This document shows, piece after piece, positions 1 through 15,100 of a stretch of 64,000 nt of DNA. The DNA is from Orbicella franksi (Eukaryota): the NCBI GenBank assembly GCA_964199315.1, contig OZ116712.1:2108001-2172000 (forward strand), read 5' to 3'. Numbering within the stretch: the first letter of the stretch is position 1; each line of letters starts with the position of its first letter. Position numbers and translations under genes: made by a program. The notes under the pieces were generated by a model. The model ran no database searches and was not told where the DNA came from. It saw only the letters and a list, made by a program, of their open reading frames with translations.

Positions 1-190
1 AGGTGGCTGTATTAATGGGGTGACTGTAAGGTGGGATTCCATTGTATTAGGCGTTGTCCTTTATTTTCTAAGTCTAGGTAAATGAGGATGAGAGTTGACT
101 TGAGTTCAAACTCTTGTGCCGTTTGGTCCCAAACACCCATGGATTCTTGATGACCCATTAAATGTAAACCTAGCTGCTTTGTTCCTTTAG

Positions 191-3100
191 ATTCAGGTAT
201 CAGCTCCAGATTATGAGATGCTTCATGATGAGTATAATGACCTGCAGCTACAGTGTTGGACCAAGTTCTACAGCTATGTTTTACAATACCATCAAGTAAG
301 GATGCCATGTCAACAAAACAGTCGTTAGTTTGTTTTGTATGAGAAGTCTTTGGTTGGTGATGTTGCAATAACAACATGTGAGAGTTGGTTTACAGTTTTG
401 GAATGCAAATACTTATGTATCCTTGTTCTTTCCTTAGGTCGGAAGTAAAGCCATGGGTATTTTTGTTGATGGCAATACAGGATTAGTCTGCTTAGTTAGA
501 AAGGTATGTAGCTGTATGTTTAACAGAGTATTTTTGATGAACTTTGAGGTGATTTTAAATGTGGTCAAACACTGTCTAGAGTGTTTGATATATCTTCTCA
601 ATTGAAACTAAAGCTAAGGAAAAAACAGAGAAATAAAATGGTAAAAATCAAGCAGTCTGGGTTCGAGCCCTTGCTGGGGACACTGTGTTGTGTTCCTGGA
701 CAAGACACTTTACTCTCACAGTACCTCTCTCCACCCAGGTGAATAAACGGGTACTGGCAAATTTAATGCTGGGGGGTAACCCAGTGAGGGACTAGCATCC
801 ATTCCAGGGGAGGAGCAGAAATACTCCTAGTCACTTCATGCTTCAAAAACTGGCCTGAAGGGCCACTTGGCTTGTATGCAGACTTAAGCTCACATTTTCT
901 TCCTTGGTTTGTAGGAAATGCTGTCATTCTTCAGACCTTGTGAACTGTTTGAACAGCTTCATCTTTGTGTAGAGCCACTGGATGTCTCACTTCTTTCCTC
1001 AGAACCTTCTCTTGGTGAGTATCTTGTTCACTTCGAGAGAATTTTAGTCAGATGGAATATTCTGTTGCAAACAGAGATTTGCTGTCACAGTCATAGTCAG
1101 GGTTACATTAAGGGCAAGGCACCAGGCAAATTGACCGGCTGTGAGGACGATTCTGTCTAGTTTGATCATCTACAGGAAGGTTTTTTTTTTTTTTAAAGAA
1201 GTTAGTTCAGTTCAAAAAGTTTTGCCTGCCTGTGAAAACTAATTGTCCTTGTGCTGAAAACATTGATGAAACCCTTGTCCTAGGGCCCTATATGTAGCTA
1301 CGTAATTTGGTTTGTGAAGTAAATTAACAATTTATAGGAAAGTTTATTTTCATGACAAAATTTTACTTATTTACGTATCATTGTTTTATTCTCTTACCTT
1401 GCAACTTTTCTTGGAATGTAACATTTTATTTAAGGTTACACTCTTATTGTTTAAAAGACATGCATTTTACTATTATTTTTGTAGATAAAACCATGAAAAC
1501 ATCATTCATAGATTTCTGTAATGTCATCAAAATGGTTGCACATCAGGTACAGTAATCTGTGAAATTATTTTGTTAGATTGAAGAAATAAAGAATTAATGA
1601 TGAATTTACATAGCAGAATCCCTAGTAAATTGATTCATGCAGGTGAAGTTTTATCAAATGCAGCTTGTTATTTTCAGCACAGTGGAACCCAGCCATATGG
1701 TCACCTTGTTAATACAGTCACCTTGTTATTACAGCCACTTTTTTTGTCCCTGCCAGCAAAACATCCATGGATACACTTTCTTATTAAAAAACCTGTTAAA
1801 TGGCTGCATTCTGAAATTCCAACTTGTGTTTATAATTTTATAATTTTATATTTTATATTTTATAATTTTAATTTTACCCTGTTTATATGGCCACTGAAAC
1901 CAGTTATGGTTTGAGTGGCCGCAGTTATGTTCATTTTTCTCCTGTTAACATTTTACGTACTGCATTCCGTATTTCTGCATTCTGCATGCTAATTGAAGAA
2001 CAGTTGTTTAGAAGTGCAATGATGATACAGTATATCTGTTAAGACGTCACTCAATTTAGAGCAGTCATGAAATTTGGCCCTTGCCCATTAAAATGGCCAA
2101 ATTTTTGTGGCCTGTTGGTGACTGTATTAACGGGGTTCCACTGTACCAAATTCATTTTGGTTGATGTACTGAAATTGTTGTATTAATGTAGCTGTCTGCA
2201 GAGCATTTGTCATCTCTTGAAAATGATGTGAAGTATCAACTGAATCCAGCCTTAACTGCTGACCAGATTGCCGTTTACCTTCTGACGAACGTAAGGTAAG
2301 AAACAATGCAACAAATAAAACTTTTTGATTACCCAGTGGGAGCGGAGCCCATGTTCCTTCTCGGTAACAGCTGGATGCTCTAACAAGTAAGCTATGAGAA
2401 ACTTTGTGATAGTGCTAAGTTAAGTCCACATTTGCTTCAAAGTGGACTCCAATGCCTCTTCTTTTTTCAGTATCTGTAGTTCCTAAGTCTGGAGTTCGTG
2501 TATTTTACCACTTTCCCTGGATAAGATGCTGCACCTTTGCTAGTTATTCCTTAGTCTTTTGCATGGCTGCCCTAAATTTTTCTGACATCCATTCCAGCCC
2601 TGGATGGAGATAGTAACTATAAGAATAAATTGTCTTGCCCAAGAACACAAGATAGTGACTGCAACCAGAACCTCTACCCAACTGCTTGATCCAGAGTCCA
2701 ATGTTACTGTCATAGTTGTAAGATCACGTTCACTTGACTTTCCACTGAAAAGGAAATGCTTCTTTTTACACTGCATTAACTGCATTGCAATTTATGTTCT
2801 TTTTCCTTTTTTCAGTGACGAAGAACAACAAGATGTGGACACACAAGTGTTGTTTGAATTTGCCCAGGAACTAGAAACAAGGTGTGTGATGAACATTTTA
2901 TTTCTCCTTGAACTATCCATACCAAGTAAAGCAGGTAGTCACGAGACTAAAGGAACTGATCAGCATGTGAAACTGTTAAATATGTTTATCACCAAATTCT
3001 ACCAGCTAGCATGCAAAACATTGCTGAGAAAACTCTGTGTTATTATTTCAAAACGATAGACATAAGTGATAATTGATTCCTGTTTATGAAATCCATGGAA

Positions 3101-6100
3101 TCTGATATACTCTGTGTTGTCTGATACAAAATCGCTAGCTGGGAATGATTTATCCAATCAGTTTAAGCTAATAGAAGCTCACTGATGTAAACTACATGTA
3201 CATGAGCATGTGACGGGGAACTTTTTTGTTGGAAGCATGTGCCAGAAAGCTGACAGAAATTGACCAACAATCCTGTTGAACTTAACTAATGGTTAATGGC
3301 TTGCACATGCAAGAAACAACATGCAATAAAATATTAAACAATTAGATTATGAGCTTGAGATTTCCATCGTGTGATAGTTGCTGAGGTCATAACCCAAGTC
3401 AACTACCACGCACAGAAATCGAGAGGGGATAATCTAATTGTTTTAGTATAATTAATCTACTAGTCGTTCAAAACTTTTTCTAAATCCTCTTCAAAGACAC
3501 TTTGAAAACACATAGAAGTGGCCCCTAGCATATGCTGCTACACTACTCACTATCTACAACAGAAGAGATAGTTAGTATTGTCGCAAATCAGAGAATGGCA
3601 TTTGTGATAGAATGCTAGTAGATTTATACTAATTGAAATGTTTTTAGAAAATATGTGCACTGATTGGTCACAAGGTATGTTTCTATAACTCAATACAAAC
3701 AGAACTACTACAAACTGTTGACATAATGATAGTGTGGGCATAGAGAATTTACATTTTGGTGATCAAAGTAAACAAGTCATTTTCTTGTTTTTGTGGCAGT
3801 GTTTTCTAAAAGAAATAGAAAACATGTTCTTCCTGTTTCTCTTGAGTTGATACAAACACTCTTGAAAGTCTGGAAGAACTTGAAAAAGCTGCGGAAACAC
3901 TTGCCTGTCAGCTTTTGTTGCCACAGCTTTTTTCACTCTCCCAAAGTTCCATTCGTGTTTCTAGTAAACAATTATTAGATTATGAGCTCAAGATTTCTAT
4001 CATGTGATAGTTGACGAGGGAGCAGCCCGAGTCAACTATCATGCATAGAAATCGAGAGCGAATAATCTAATTGTTTTTGGTATAAATCTACTGGTCGTTC
4101 AAAACTTAATCTAGATCCTCTTCACAGACACTTTGAAAATGCCAAGAAGAGGCCGTCATTTAACAAGGGCACATGGTTACGCTGCTCACTATCACAGAAT
4201 AGATAGTGAGTAGTATAGCCAATCAGAGGACGGCATTCGTGATAGAACACTAGTAGATTTATGCTAAAACTTGATAGAAACATGGTACATGTTTTCTTTT
4301 TCGTAGTCAGAGATAGGCATATCATGATGGTAGCTGTTAATTTTTTATTTCATTGATGCAGATTTCTCTTAATATTTTTTCTCTTTCCAGTTTACACAAG
4401 GTTCATAACCTTTTCCAGAGTTTGGAATTCCTCCTTCAAGGGTTAGACAGTCAAGGCATCATAAGAGATGACGTCAGAGATGATGAGGCTGGTAAGGTTC
4501 AAAGTTGGTCTCAAGGTTAATACACTGTGCATGAAGAAACCGAGAGTGATCTTATTGTTTTATCAGAACCCTTGGCTAATGTATTAAACAACACTATTAC
4601 ATGGGTTGTGTTTGTAGCCAATAAAACACACACTCTGATTGGCGCTGATTACAGGTCTGCTAAAACAAAGAAAAAAAGCCATATAATAAACAGCTTTTTA
4701 ACCTTGAAGGTTCGGTCTTTATAGGAAAATCCCCAACCCTCACGTTTCTGTATTGGCCTTGCTATTGCTTTGTCAATATGGCAGTTTGCTGAGAATCAGC
4801 CACTACTAATTAATGCAGGGTTGTCACAAAATTTTTAAGTAGATGGCGCTGTTGTTGTATTAGATGATGAAGATGGCTGATTTTGTCATTTTTCCCCCTA
4901 AAGAATCACATAGATAGCCAGCAGTAGTCAGCAGATATCTTGAAATAGATGGTGATTTTTTTTCCCAGCAGCCACATACATTTAGTCTTGATAACCCAGC
5001 TAATTATGATTTTATCATTGCAGGTTGGTCTGATGTATCAAATTTAGTGAGCTGCCATCACTTGTTCAGCAGCCAGTTGAGCTCCTCCCTGCTTCCCATG
5101 TCTTCTCACCAAATGGTTTCGTCACGAATGGCTGTGTGCAAACATCTCTTGGTACTGCTCAGTTTGATAACAAAGCTTAGCGTCAACAAGGTATTAACAG
5201 GTCAAAACTGTGATGTTCTACATGTATGTTAAGTGCATATTTTAATGGGAAGCATGGTAAACCAATGATTAGTGCAAGTGCTGGTCTATAGACCTAGCAG
5301 GCTGGGTGTGAGCCCATGTGGGGGTCATTACTTTGTGTTCTTGAGCAAGACACTTCTCTCATCATACCTCGCTTCACCCAGGTGTATAAATGGGTACTGG
5401 TGCATTCAATGCTGGGGGTAACCCTGCTAAGGACTAGCATCCCATCCAGGGGGGAGTAGAAATACTCCTAGTCAATTCAATTCTGGCTGTCACATTACAA
5501 ATATTTTAAAGATTTGGTTAATCACAGAGGAAATCAAGAGGAAATCAAGTTGGATTTCTACAATAACCAGTAGAATTATTGAGTGCATTTTTGGTTGAAA
5601 GCTATTATAATAATAATTATTGAGGTGAGTATAGACCATGAAAATGATGTAATTTGAAATGCAACAGTAAAGTAATTTTCAAAGAGAATTTTTCTGTGAG
5701 CACCAAAGTGTGGCAAATTTCATGTTTGTGGTAAAATACTCGCTATGAAACTAGTGCCGTGTGCTTGACTGTGCCAAATTTTCCCTCCCATTTCCCTTAT
5801 AAGTTTTCTGTATTTTTGGAAAAGACAAGTGAACTTCATTTTCCATGGTCTATACAATGAAACCACTGACTTGTGTTTTCTATGGTCTATAAGGGTGAAC
5901 AGAACAGAAATTGTGACTGATTTATTTAATGAGACATTGTTTATTTTCATGCCTTTTTGTTTTTAAGCTTGGTCTGGATGCCAGAACAGCAGAGGATGTG
6001 TCGTCAGTTTACATTCCTACAACAGTGAGGCTATTGAGGACGTACCTTGCTCTTCACTGGATCTTAGAACAAACTGTTACTCCCACTCCATCTAGTGCCC

Positions 6101-9100
6101 TGTATGTATACTACACGTAGTCATGTTTTATACAAATATTTTAAAATAATGGAGATGAAAGTTTTTATAATTTTGGTTTTCAAGCTAGTCACAGCTTATT
6201 TTTGACTGTTTCTTTGAATAGCATTTGTAATGTGTGGTATCCTCTCCTAGTGGAGTATGATCCCAGGGGTATGATCCTAGGGGTATTTCCCCTCCTCCAC
6301 AAAGAGATATGATCCCAGGGGTGTTGTCTCTCTCCTATGTAATCTCAAAGGTAGATTGCCTCTCCTCTGTTATTGGGTGTGAACCCAGGCCAGAGGCATA
6401 GCCTCTTCTGGGATTGAAGGTGCTTTAAATGTGCTCCAGCCACCACCACCGCTGGCAAAAAATTCTTTGTTTGTATTGGAATGCTTATTACACAATTTTG
6501 AATCAAGAGTTTTGTCACTGAGTAGAGAGCTTAAGTGTTGCATGATTCTATTTTGTTTTGACTATGTTGTTTGCATACTTTTATGTTTTATTTATACAGA
6601 GAATCCAACTTAAAACAGTTAGCAACTCTGGAAATATCTGATGGAATGGTGCCAAAGGCAATTTCTGGTAAGAAGCTGGTAGAGAAAATAATTTTAGTGA
6701 AAACAATGTTTCTCTCCAGGCCTCAAAATCTCTGCACAAAACATGCAGTAGATTGTAATTTTGATTTTTCAAGTGCTAGAAATGGAAATTCAAGATTTGG
6801 AAATTCAACATTTGACCTGCCAAATATTGAAAATTCAAGATATGGCCTGCTAAATATTGAAAATTCAACATTTGGCAATTCAGGATTTGGCAGTTCAAGA
6901 TTTGGCAATTCAAGACTTTGTGATTCAGGATTTGGCAATTCAAGACTTTAGCCATTCAAAAGTTTGCAATGCAGGATTTGGCAATTCAAGATTTGGCAAT
7001 AATATCTGGAAATTCAAGATTTGGCTTACCAAATATTGAAATTCAAAATTTGGAAATTCAAGATATGGCCCACTACATATAGAAAATTCAAGATTTGGAA
7101 TGGCTTGCCAAATACTGGTATTGAAAGTCCAAGATTTAACCTGCAAAATATTAAAAGTTCAAGATATAGTAGAAATCAAGTTTCTTAGTTTCAGGGAATT
7201 CATTTTTGTGACATCAAGACATCAGAACAACAATCACTTTAGGGAAACACTTTGTTTTATGGTACATCTTTGTTGTATTTTAGATGATCCATCCCTTACT
7301 GTTAGTGAGCTCTTCTTAAGTGCTGTTGGAGGTACACAGCTCAGAAGGCACCTGGCCCATAAACTAAAGGCCTCGCAGGAGATGGGTGGTCAGGACCCAG
7401 CCCTGCTGTGGTCCACATTTTTCAACCAGGCTGTTTATACCCTGATGGACCTGATGTATCCTTGTTAGCTTGAAGACTTTTCTTTTCTTAGAATCATTAG
7501 CCCGCATTGTAGTCAGCTCCATTAAAATCCCAAGGTTTTTTTTCCCTTTCAGTTGTTATTATGATCATGGAACAATTTTTTAAGATGTACTGTAAACCCT
7601 CCTTTAGCAGTTAATGATCTTTCACATAGCGGTAATTACAAGCAGTCACAAAGTTGCAATTCCTGAATCCTGGTAAGGCTAAAAAGGTGATTCTTTTTTC
7701 TTGAATAATTATTGCAGTAAATCATCACGCCCTACTGTTTGGCACATCATGTTAACTTTATTGAGGAAAAAAATTCTTTTCTCCTTCTTTGAAAAATAGA
7801 TTTTCACCTTTTCATTTCAACTTTTGTTCCTTAAGATATGTCAACTGGGCGGACAAAAATACCTTTATCTTACTCTCAGTACCATTCGACAAATTTAAAC
7901 GACTAATTCTGGGTTCCCTAATATATAGGAACATTTCTAAGCTTCTCAAAATCACGCTTAAGGTTTTGACAGAGCCACTTTAAACTACTAGAGTGAACAT
8001 CAAGTATCCATATATGATCTTTCTTAACATGAACTAAAAAAAAAATAACAGCTGGCCAACCAGGCAGAGTGTCATTTTCCCAGAGTTTCTCCTCTCAAGG
8101 TGTCAGTATCTTCATATTCAAGAGTACGCTCATCTGATTTGTTACTGGTGTGACACCTGTCAATCATCTTGGCATTTCTTGTTGGGCCAATCACATTTGA
8201 CGTTGGGAGAACATCATAAGGCCTTTGGTTGCTTTCTGAAGGCAGCAAAAGGAATTGGTAGGTCAAGAGAGTGCCTAGAGAGATCAACATCTTGCCAATT
8301 AGAGGATATTGTCTCAAGCTGTCTGTTGGTATTCCTTGATTCCAAAGAACAACTTCCTGTACATATGAGGATCAGGTTGCAACTCTCACAAGGTCTCATG
8401 TAATGACAGAAACCATGTCCCTAGTCCCAAACCAATACCTGCTGCCGTGCTATGACAATAAATGGAATTGAAAAATTACGAGAGTTGTTGCACTTCCTAC
8501 ATATTCTTTTCTTCTCACTGATCCTTATACATTTATTTTTCTTTGCGTCGCGAATCTTTTAAGGTTCAAAGGATGCTTTCTTGATGAAGATTCTACAGAG
8601 TGATTCCACAGACATCTCAACTCTACTTGTTCTGTTTTATGTCAAGGTATGCATTCTGGAATTGCTGATTAGTAATAATAACTTGACCGAGTGGAGTACA
8701 GTTCAGGGAGTAATTGGGCTTGTAATTTCAAAATTTTGATCGCAAGGGCAAATTTTGTTATAGATACGATTTAGGTATTGGTTTGCTAAATATTGAAAAT
8801 TCAAGATTTGTAAATTCAAGAGTCTCAACTTTCAATAGTAATATGATAATTGATGACCATCCAATGAAGTCTCTGTTTCTTTATTTTCAAAGCTATTACT
8901 TTCCATTTGTCTAGTTATGTTTGTTTTATTTGGAATAAAATGTTAAGCGTTAAAATGATGTAATTTGTTCTGTAGGTGTTAAAGCTGTTTGAGCAGTTTG
9001 ATGCGCCAGATTATGTCATCCGTGTAGCTCATATAGCGCTGGACTTGGCCCCACCCAGTGATCCAAATATTGTGAGTATACGGCGCTTATTGCATCGTAG

Positions 9101-12100
9101 GTTTGAGTGGCACCGAAAATATGATATGGTTAGACAAAGGCGACTCAGGGGTTTTATTGACGTTTCCAGTAGGAGGGTAACCGGTTTTCACAGGCGGGCA
9201 AAACGTTTTTAACTGAACTTATTTATAAGAAAACCTTTCCTCTAGATGGTCAAACCAGGTGGGCAAAATCATCCTCACAGCCAGGCAATTTGCCCAGTGC
9301 ACGGCCGTCTACCGTGTGTCCAGAAAGGTTGTAATCAGGCAGGGTTGTATTTAGAAACGGGTTGGGCAAGCAAGAGTACAAAAGTTGTAGTGAGACAGTG
9401 ATGTACCAAGAAATGATGGGCGTGGTCAATTGGAGTGCACCCAGAGGGTGTGTGGGAATGAGAGGGTTAAACATCAGTGTAGCGAAGTGGCTATGACTTG
9501 CTAGATGCAATCTAATCTTTGCCGTTTTTATTCCAGCCGGATCTGTGGTCGAACATTTTCAAACATCAGCTAGAGTTAGGACACAATGACCTGGCATACG
9601 ATGCTCTGATCACAAACCCGAATCCTGTCAGGTGAATTAACAACAGTGTCTGCTCAATGTTAAAATTCTCCTGTATACGTTTTCCTTAGTTCTTCGTTTG
9701 AGAGTTTGGTTTTCAAGGTATAACGAGGTTTAAGATTAATGGCTGGTGTAGGTTTAGAGGTTCAGTCAATTATATCGAAACTCACAGGGCTTGGGTAGTT
9801 CCTGGAGTATCAAGCTGGCAAAATAATATTTTGAAATCTTTGTAGGACGGGGCAAGTAAAAACATCCTTAGTCCTTCATGCTACAGAAACTAGGAAAACC
9901 TTTGACAGTATGTGTCATGTTAGCTTACAAGTTAGTGTTAACTTTTCCAATACCTTTTCAAGAAACCCTGGAGATTCCTTAAGTTTAGGTCTGCCTGGAA
10001 ATTCCAGATAATTTTCTCTATTTTGAGGTGAACTGTGTTGGGGTCTTTGCTTTCAGGCGACGCGTCTGCCTTCATAAGCTCATGGTAACTCTGTGTGAAA
10101 GAGGACAAACTCAGCAACTGATAGAGTATCCCTTCATCAACCTACAAGACGAGGTAAATGCAGATATGTCGGTAAGTAACTGGAACAATCAAGCAGACAG
10201 ATAGCCAGCCAAGTAGTCATGTTGTAATATTTTTGAGAAGTCCGTGACCTATTAAGTGTCATGAATGACGATTATCCGGACTGTCGAAGATCTTTTTGTT
10301 GGAGGTACTTTCCGCATTGTTGTTTTCAGCTACGTTCAACTGCTTCTAAAACCCGATTTGAGCATGGAAACTTTTATCCTCCGATCTCTTGAATTAGTAC
10401 AGACAGATAGACTGACTGACAGACAGCCAGGCAGACCGAGAGACATACAGACAGGCAGGCAGGCAGACGGACAGACAGACTTGCAGAGAGACCGATCCCT
10501 AATCCTCACCTTCCTTGCTGTGTTTGTATTTAGTTTGTAGATATCATGGAGTCTCACGCCCGTACGGTTGACATAACAACCCATAGCTACTATGATTTGT
10601 TGTACGCTTTCCACGTATTCAGGGGAAATTATAGAAAAGGTACGAACATCAAATGACATGTGTTACATGACATTTTAGCAATAACCTGGTTAGTACTAAT
10701 TTCACGTACATTGTTAGCAAGCGTTCTGAGTGTAGTTACGAAATGTTTCCATGTTTTAAAGAATTAGTTAAACCTAAATTTGTCAAATTCGTCGTTTGTA
10801 ATCCGTGTTTATCCTTCTCCATTCTTTTCCTTGTTCCTTTATGGTTTATTATTATCTCTTTAGTGTTTGTCTATCTAAGTAAACTATCATTTTCAGGTTT
10901 CCTTCAATTTTTATTAATAATGCTTTAGAAATACACAGGCAAGTAAAAACAAACCATAAAATGTTTCGACGTTTCGGCGACCTCATGACGCCATTATCAA
11001 GGGATGAATGAAAAAAAAGAGCTAGTTCAAAAGAAGAAGTATTTATTTAACTTAAGTTCAATTTATGTAAATCTATAAATCTCTTTTGAACTCGCTCTTT
11101 TTATTCATTCCTTGATGATGGCGTCATGAAGTCGCCGAAACGTCGGAACATTCTATCGTTAGTTTGTACTTGCCTGTGTTTTCCCTTCAATTTAAAGGTA
11201 ATTTTGTGTGTGACCAAAACGATTCAAAAAACCGTGACTGAGCTCCTTCAACGGATGTTTTCATGTTTCAGCTGGGTCAGCCATGTATGAGCATGCCATG
11301 AGGCTGGGACAAGAAGTGTCAGGACTTGACAGTTTACAGAAACAGGTAGAGATTTCATTGTAAAGCTAGGTCTCTTTAATAATCTTGTAGTGATTTGCTT
11401 TCCCTTTTACTTCTTTATTCTGTTGTCAGGCCAAATGTTATTTAGCAGCAATGAATGCCCTTCGGCTTGTAGACCCCAAGAATGCCTGGATTGTAAAACC
11501 TTTGGACAGAGTCAACACAAGAGTAAGTGATCTATAAAGCTTTAACTTTTTAGAATTTTGGTCTTAATCCGTTGTACACCGTTTGATAAACTGCATTAAC
11601 ATAAAATTACTGCTCAAGAGCTTTCATTTGAATGACCGCACAGTAAGGTTTCATCCACAGACGTAACAGCTGCATTTGGCGTTTTTGTTTTGTTTTTCCT
11701 AGAAATCTGATGAACCGCCCAACATGTCTCCAAAACGAAAGCAAGGGGAGGAAGGTGACATACTCTATCCAGGTCACTCGGGAAGGACTCGGCGGAAAGT
11801 GACAGTGTTAGATATCAGGGACCTGGAGGGAGAGTATCTATTGGTTCTTGCCAGGCTGCAACTTATCAAGGTTGACGCCGACCCGACACGTGCAACAGGT
11901 GTGAAACATAAATACAGGACGAACCGGTTTAAAGAACTCGCTCTATTCCCGGAATAGTTGGTTCGTTACATCGGATGTTGGTTACACGCTTAACTCGAAT
12001 ACACCTCGTAAAACTTCGGGTGCTCGTGGGTTTCGCTTTGGACCATCTGTGCCTGACGAAAAAATAATTCTCTGGATATAAGCCCCTTCTCCTTCGTACT

Positions 12101-15100
12101 GTAACACTACACGTACTACTGAAATTTAATCAAAGCAAACACAATGTCTTAGCAGAACTTCACACAAGGTTGAACATTTTTTGTGCATGAATACAGCTGT
12201 CAGAAGAAGAAGCCCCATATGTATCCCCTTGAGCATCCCATAATAGCTATTTGAAATAATAACATTCAAAATGGCTGCCGTATCGGTAAAAAGATCTGAA
12301 AGATCACCTTTCTTTATTTGCGTGTGAAATGTCTTTTAAACTTAAATTTTACAAATGCTAGCAAAGTCTCAACGTTTTAGATGCGTGATTCGTGTCGTTG
12401 CGTGAAGCCTGGTAACAATTTTGATTTGAATATTTTTTTTTTACCCCGTTCCAGGCCCTTTGCTGTCCGCTCAGGAGAGCGTGGCATTGTTGACTCAGGC
12501 AGGCTTGTTCGATAATGCCTTCACAGTGGCTTTTCACTTTAATCTTCCAAAGGAAACAATATTTGAAGGACTAGCGTCAAGGTAGGCAATAAACAAGTTA
12601 AATATAGAGCTGTTTCCACTTGAGTGTGGAAAGAAATTCGCATTTGACTTGGTTTTTCATTACTACGCTAAACGATTGGCTTAAAAAAGCTATCACAGTT
12701 TGTCAACCAATCACGAGTAAAACTAAAACCAATCGTGACGCGTGTGCACACGTTTTCCCGCACTTCGCGTCAGCTACATGAGTTTGCTTCGCGTTCTGAT
12801 TTGTTCTCTGTATTGCCTTTGTGCCTTGTGATTGGCCATTTAGATTACGTTGGTTATAGTTTTATGACACTCGGCTGAAAACCGCTTTGTCCTACCGAAA
12901 GAAATTCGATCAAAACACGGCAAATTTTTGTGGGGGTGGATGAGGGGTTGCTTTTTGCTGCAGTATTGTTCCTTGTAAAGATAATTAATCCTTTGAATTG
13001 ATTCATGATTGGAATAAGGTAACTGCTGTACCGATAGAAAAAAGAATTGAATGTACGTTTAACAGTAACCTCCATGTAACTCAAAAAAAGTGCAGATGCA
13101 ATATTAGTATATGCGACGTATAAATGAACACCAAAGGAAATTGCACCGAAATATAAATCCACCGACTTTATTTAAATGAGAGGAAAACGGTACAGTTGGT
13201 CTGAACTAACGGTCAACGTCCTTTCAATACGGAAATATGTATGTTCCGTATGTATTCCATATGTATAGATCGGAAATATGAGCCTATTCCCTTTTTTCAG
13301 GAATCAAATAAAGCTCGAGCTACGCTCAGATTGGTTTCTTTTAGGGGTTTAATTCAAATGTTCAAACGAGAATCCCAACCTTTTCGTATAGGAGTTCCCT
13401 CCGCGTTCGAAATGTCTAACAAGAGGTGACAGAGTGAAGGAGTGATGGAGTCAAATCGCTCCACACACAACTACAACTCGGAAAAAAAATCGTTTCCAAG
13501 TTAAAAATGGGGTTGATCGAGCTCGTTTTTGAGTTGTAAGCGCTCAAAGCTAAACTTCAGGGTGTTTTTAGCAGGTCATACTGTTGCTATGGTAACTTAT
13601 TGTGTCACGAAATTGACACCAACATGTTCACTAATGACTGGGAAAATGTTTGATACCAGAGTGGTTATAATGACCCATCAAAATATACGTCTTGGAAACC
13701 CTTTTGGGCCACCTTTACTGACAACCGAGAGGAAATCGAAACTTGCCTTCTCGATGTGCTCCGTTCTGTATTTCGTTTCGTTTTTTATAAATGACGTTTA
13801 TCTTTGAACGGAGGATAAATGAAAAGGTAGAGTTTCTTATAAGTTAGCGTCCAATTCTCCGCGTATAAATACATTGCTTCTAAATGTTTCGAAATATTAT
13901 AAAGGAGGGATAATTAATGAAATTGCTTTTCATTTGAAATTATTTTCTCTGTGTGGACCTTATTTTGGGATGCGCTATTTGACTTTGTTACCCTTGTACC
14001 ACACTGATTGTAATCTGGAAAAAACTGAATTAACATTAAATTAAAATTAAATCGCACTGTCGGTCAGACTTGGCTTTTTACAGTACTACAATTATAGAGT
14101 TGGCAATGAACATGAGATAGAAAACTGACTAAAAACGGCGCTGTATTTTTTGTAGATGTCGTTCGAATCAGAAAGAGGATATAACGTCTAGTTTTACACT
14201 CTTTGTTTACATAACATTTGCCTTGCTGTCTTTACAACTGCCGCTCGAAGTTCGCGAAGACGCCAGCAATACAAAAAGGGATTGATGGACGAATTCATAA
14301 ATACTGCGGTATGAGCAAAGTTCCATTCTGTTTGCCAATCCTTGCCAGAGGTTGCAAAAACAGTTAATATAACATAAATAGGACAATAGCACAGGATTAA
14401 AGCGATGTAGAACAAGAAAATGTTGAATGCACTTCTTTTCAGTCGCGTCATGTTTAAGTTATTTTCAGCACTAGAGCTTTGCACTGCCTGTTGTTGAGCG
14501 TGGATCTGCGACTGATGCAAACGAACAATCAGATAAATTCTGATGTGAGAAAATGTAGAAATTATAACTAAAAGTATTGTACAAATGCTGAAAACAAAAC
14601 TGTGCAGACGTTTATTCCAGAAGAACAATCCTGATGCAAGGAAACTCAGTAACCATATAATTATTAAAGTATATTTAACACGGGATTCAGTCACTAAAGT
14701 AGCATATCTCATGTGATAGTGAAGAGCCAGAAATCGATCGACACTTAATGTTGTCATTGTCAAGAGAGAGACTCCACAAACGGAAAAAGACACTGTTACC
14801 ACGAGGTTGTTTAGTAATGGGTCTTTGGTAAGTTCCTTGGCAATAAAAAGCGGTTGAGCAATGAGACCAACGAGAAAATCTGAGACAGCAAGACTGTAGA
14901 GCATAATCATGTGCGTTGAGCGAATGGAGGGCGTTCTTATTATGGCGGCCAATACCAAAGCGTTGCCCAGAATGGATATGAGCATCAGTGGAGCGTTAAG
15001 AACACAGTTTATGATGATAACAGTTTCAGGAGTAGAGTTTTCTTCATTGTCTGAATGGTGGTTTGCCGATTCGTTGTTGTGTTCGTTCATCATCAACTTT

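Noticed and set aside
6571-7146. ORFs with GNSRF/LELPN pentapeptide repeats
   Set aside because: They arise from a 15-bp intronic minisatellite; only 6600-6667 is a real NUP160 exon.
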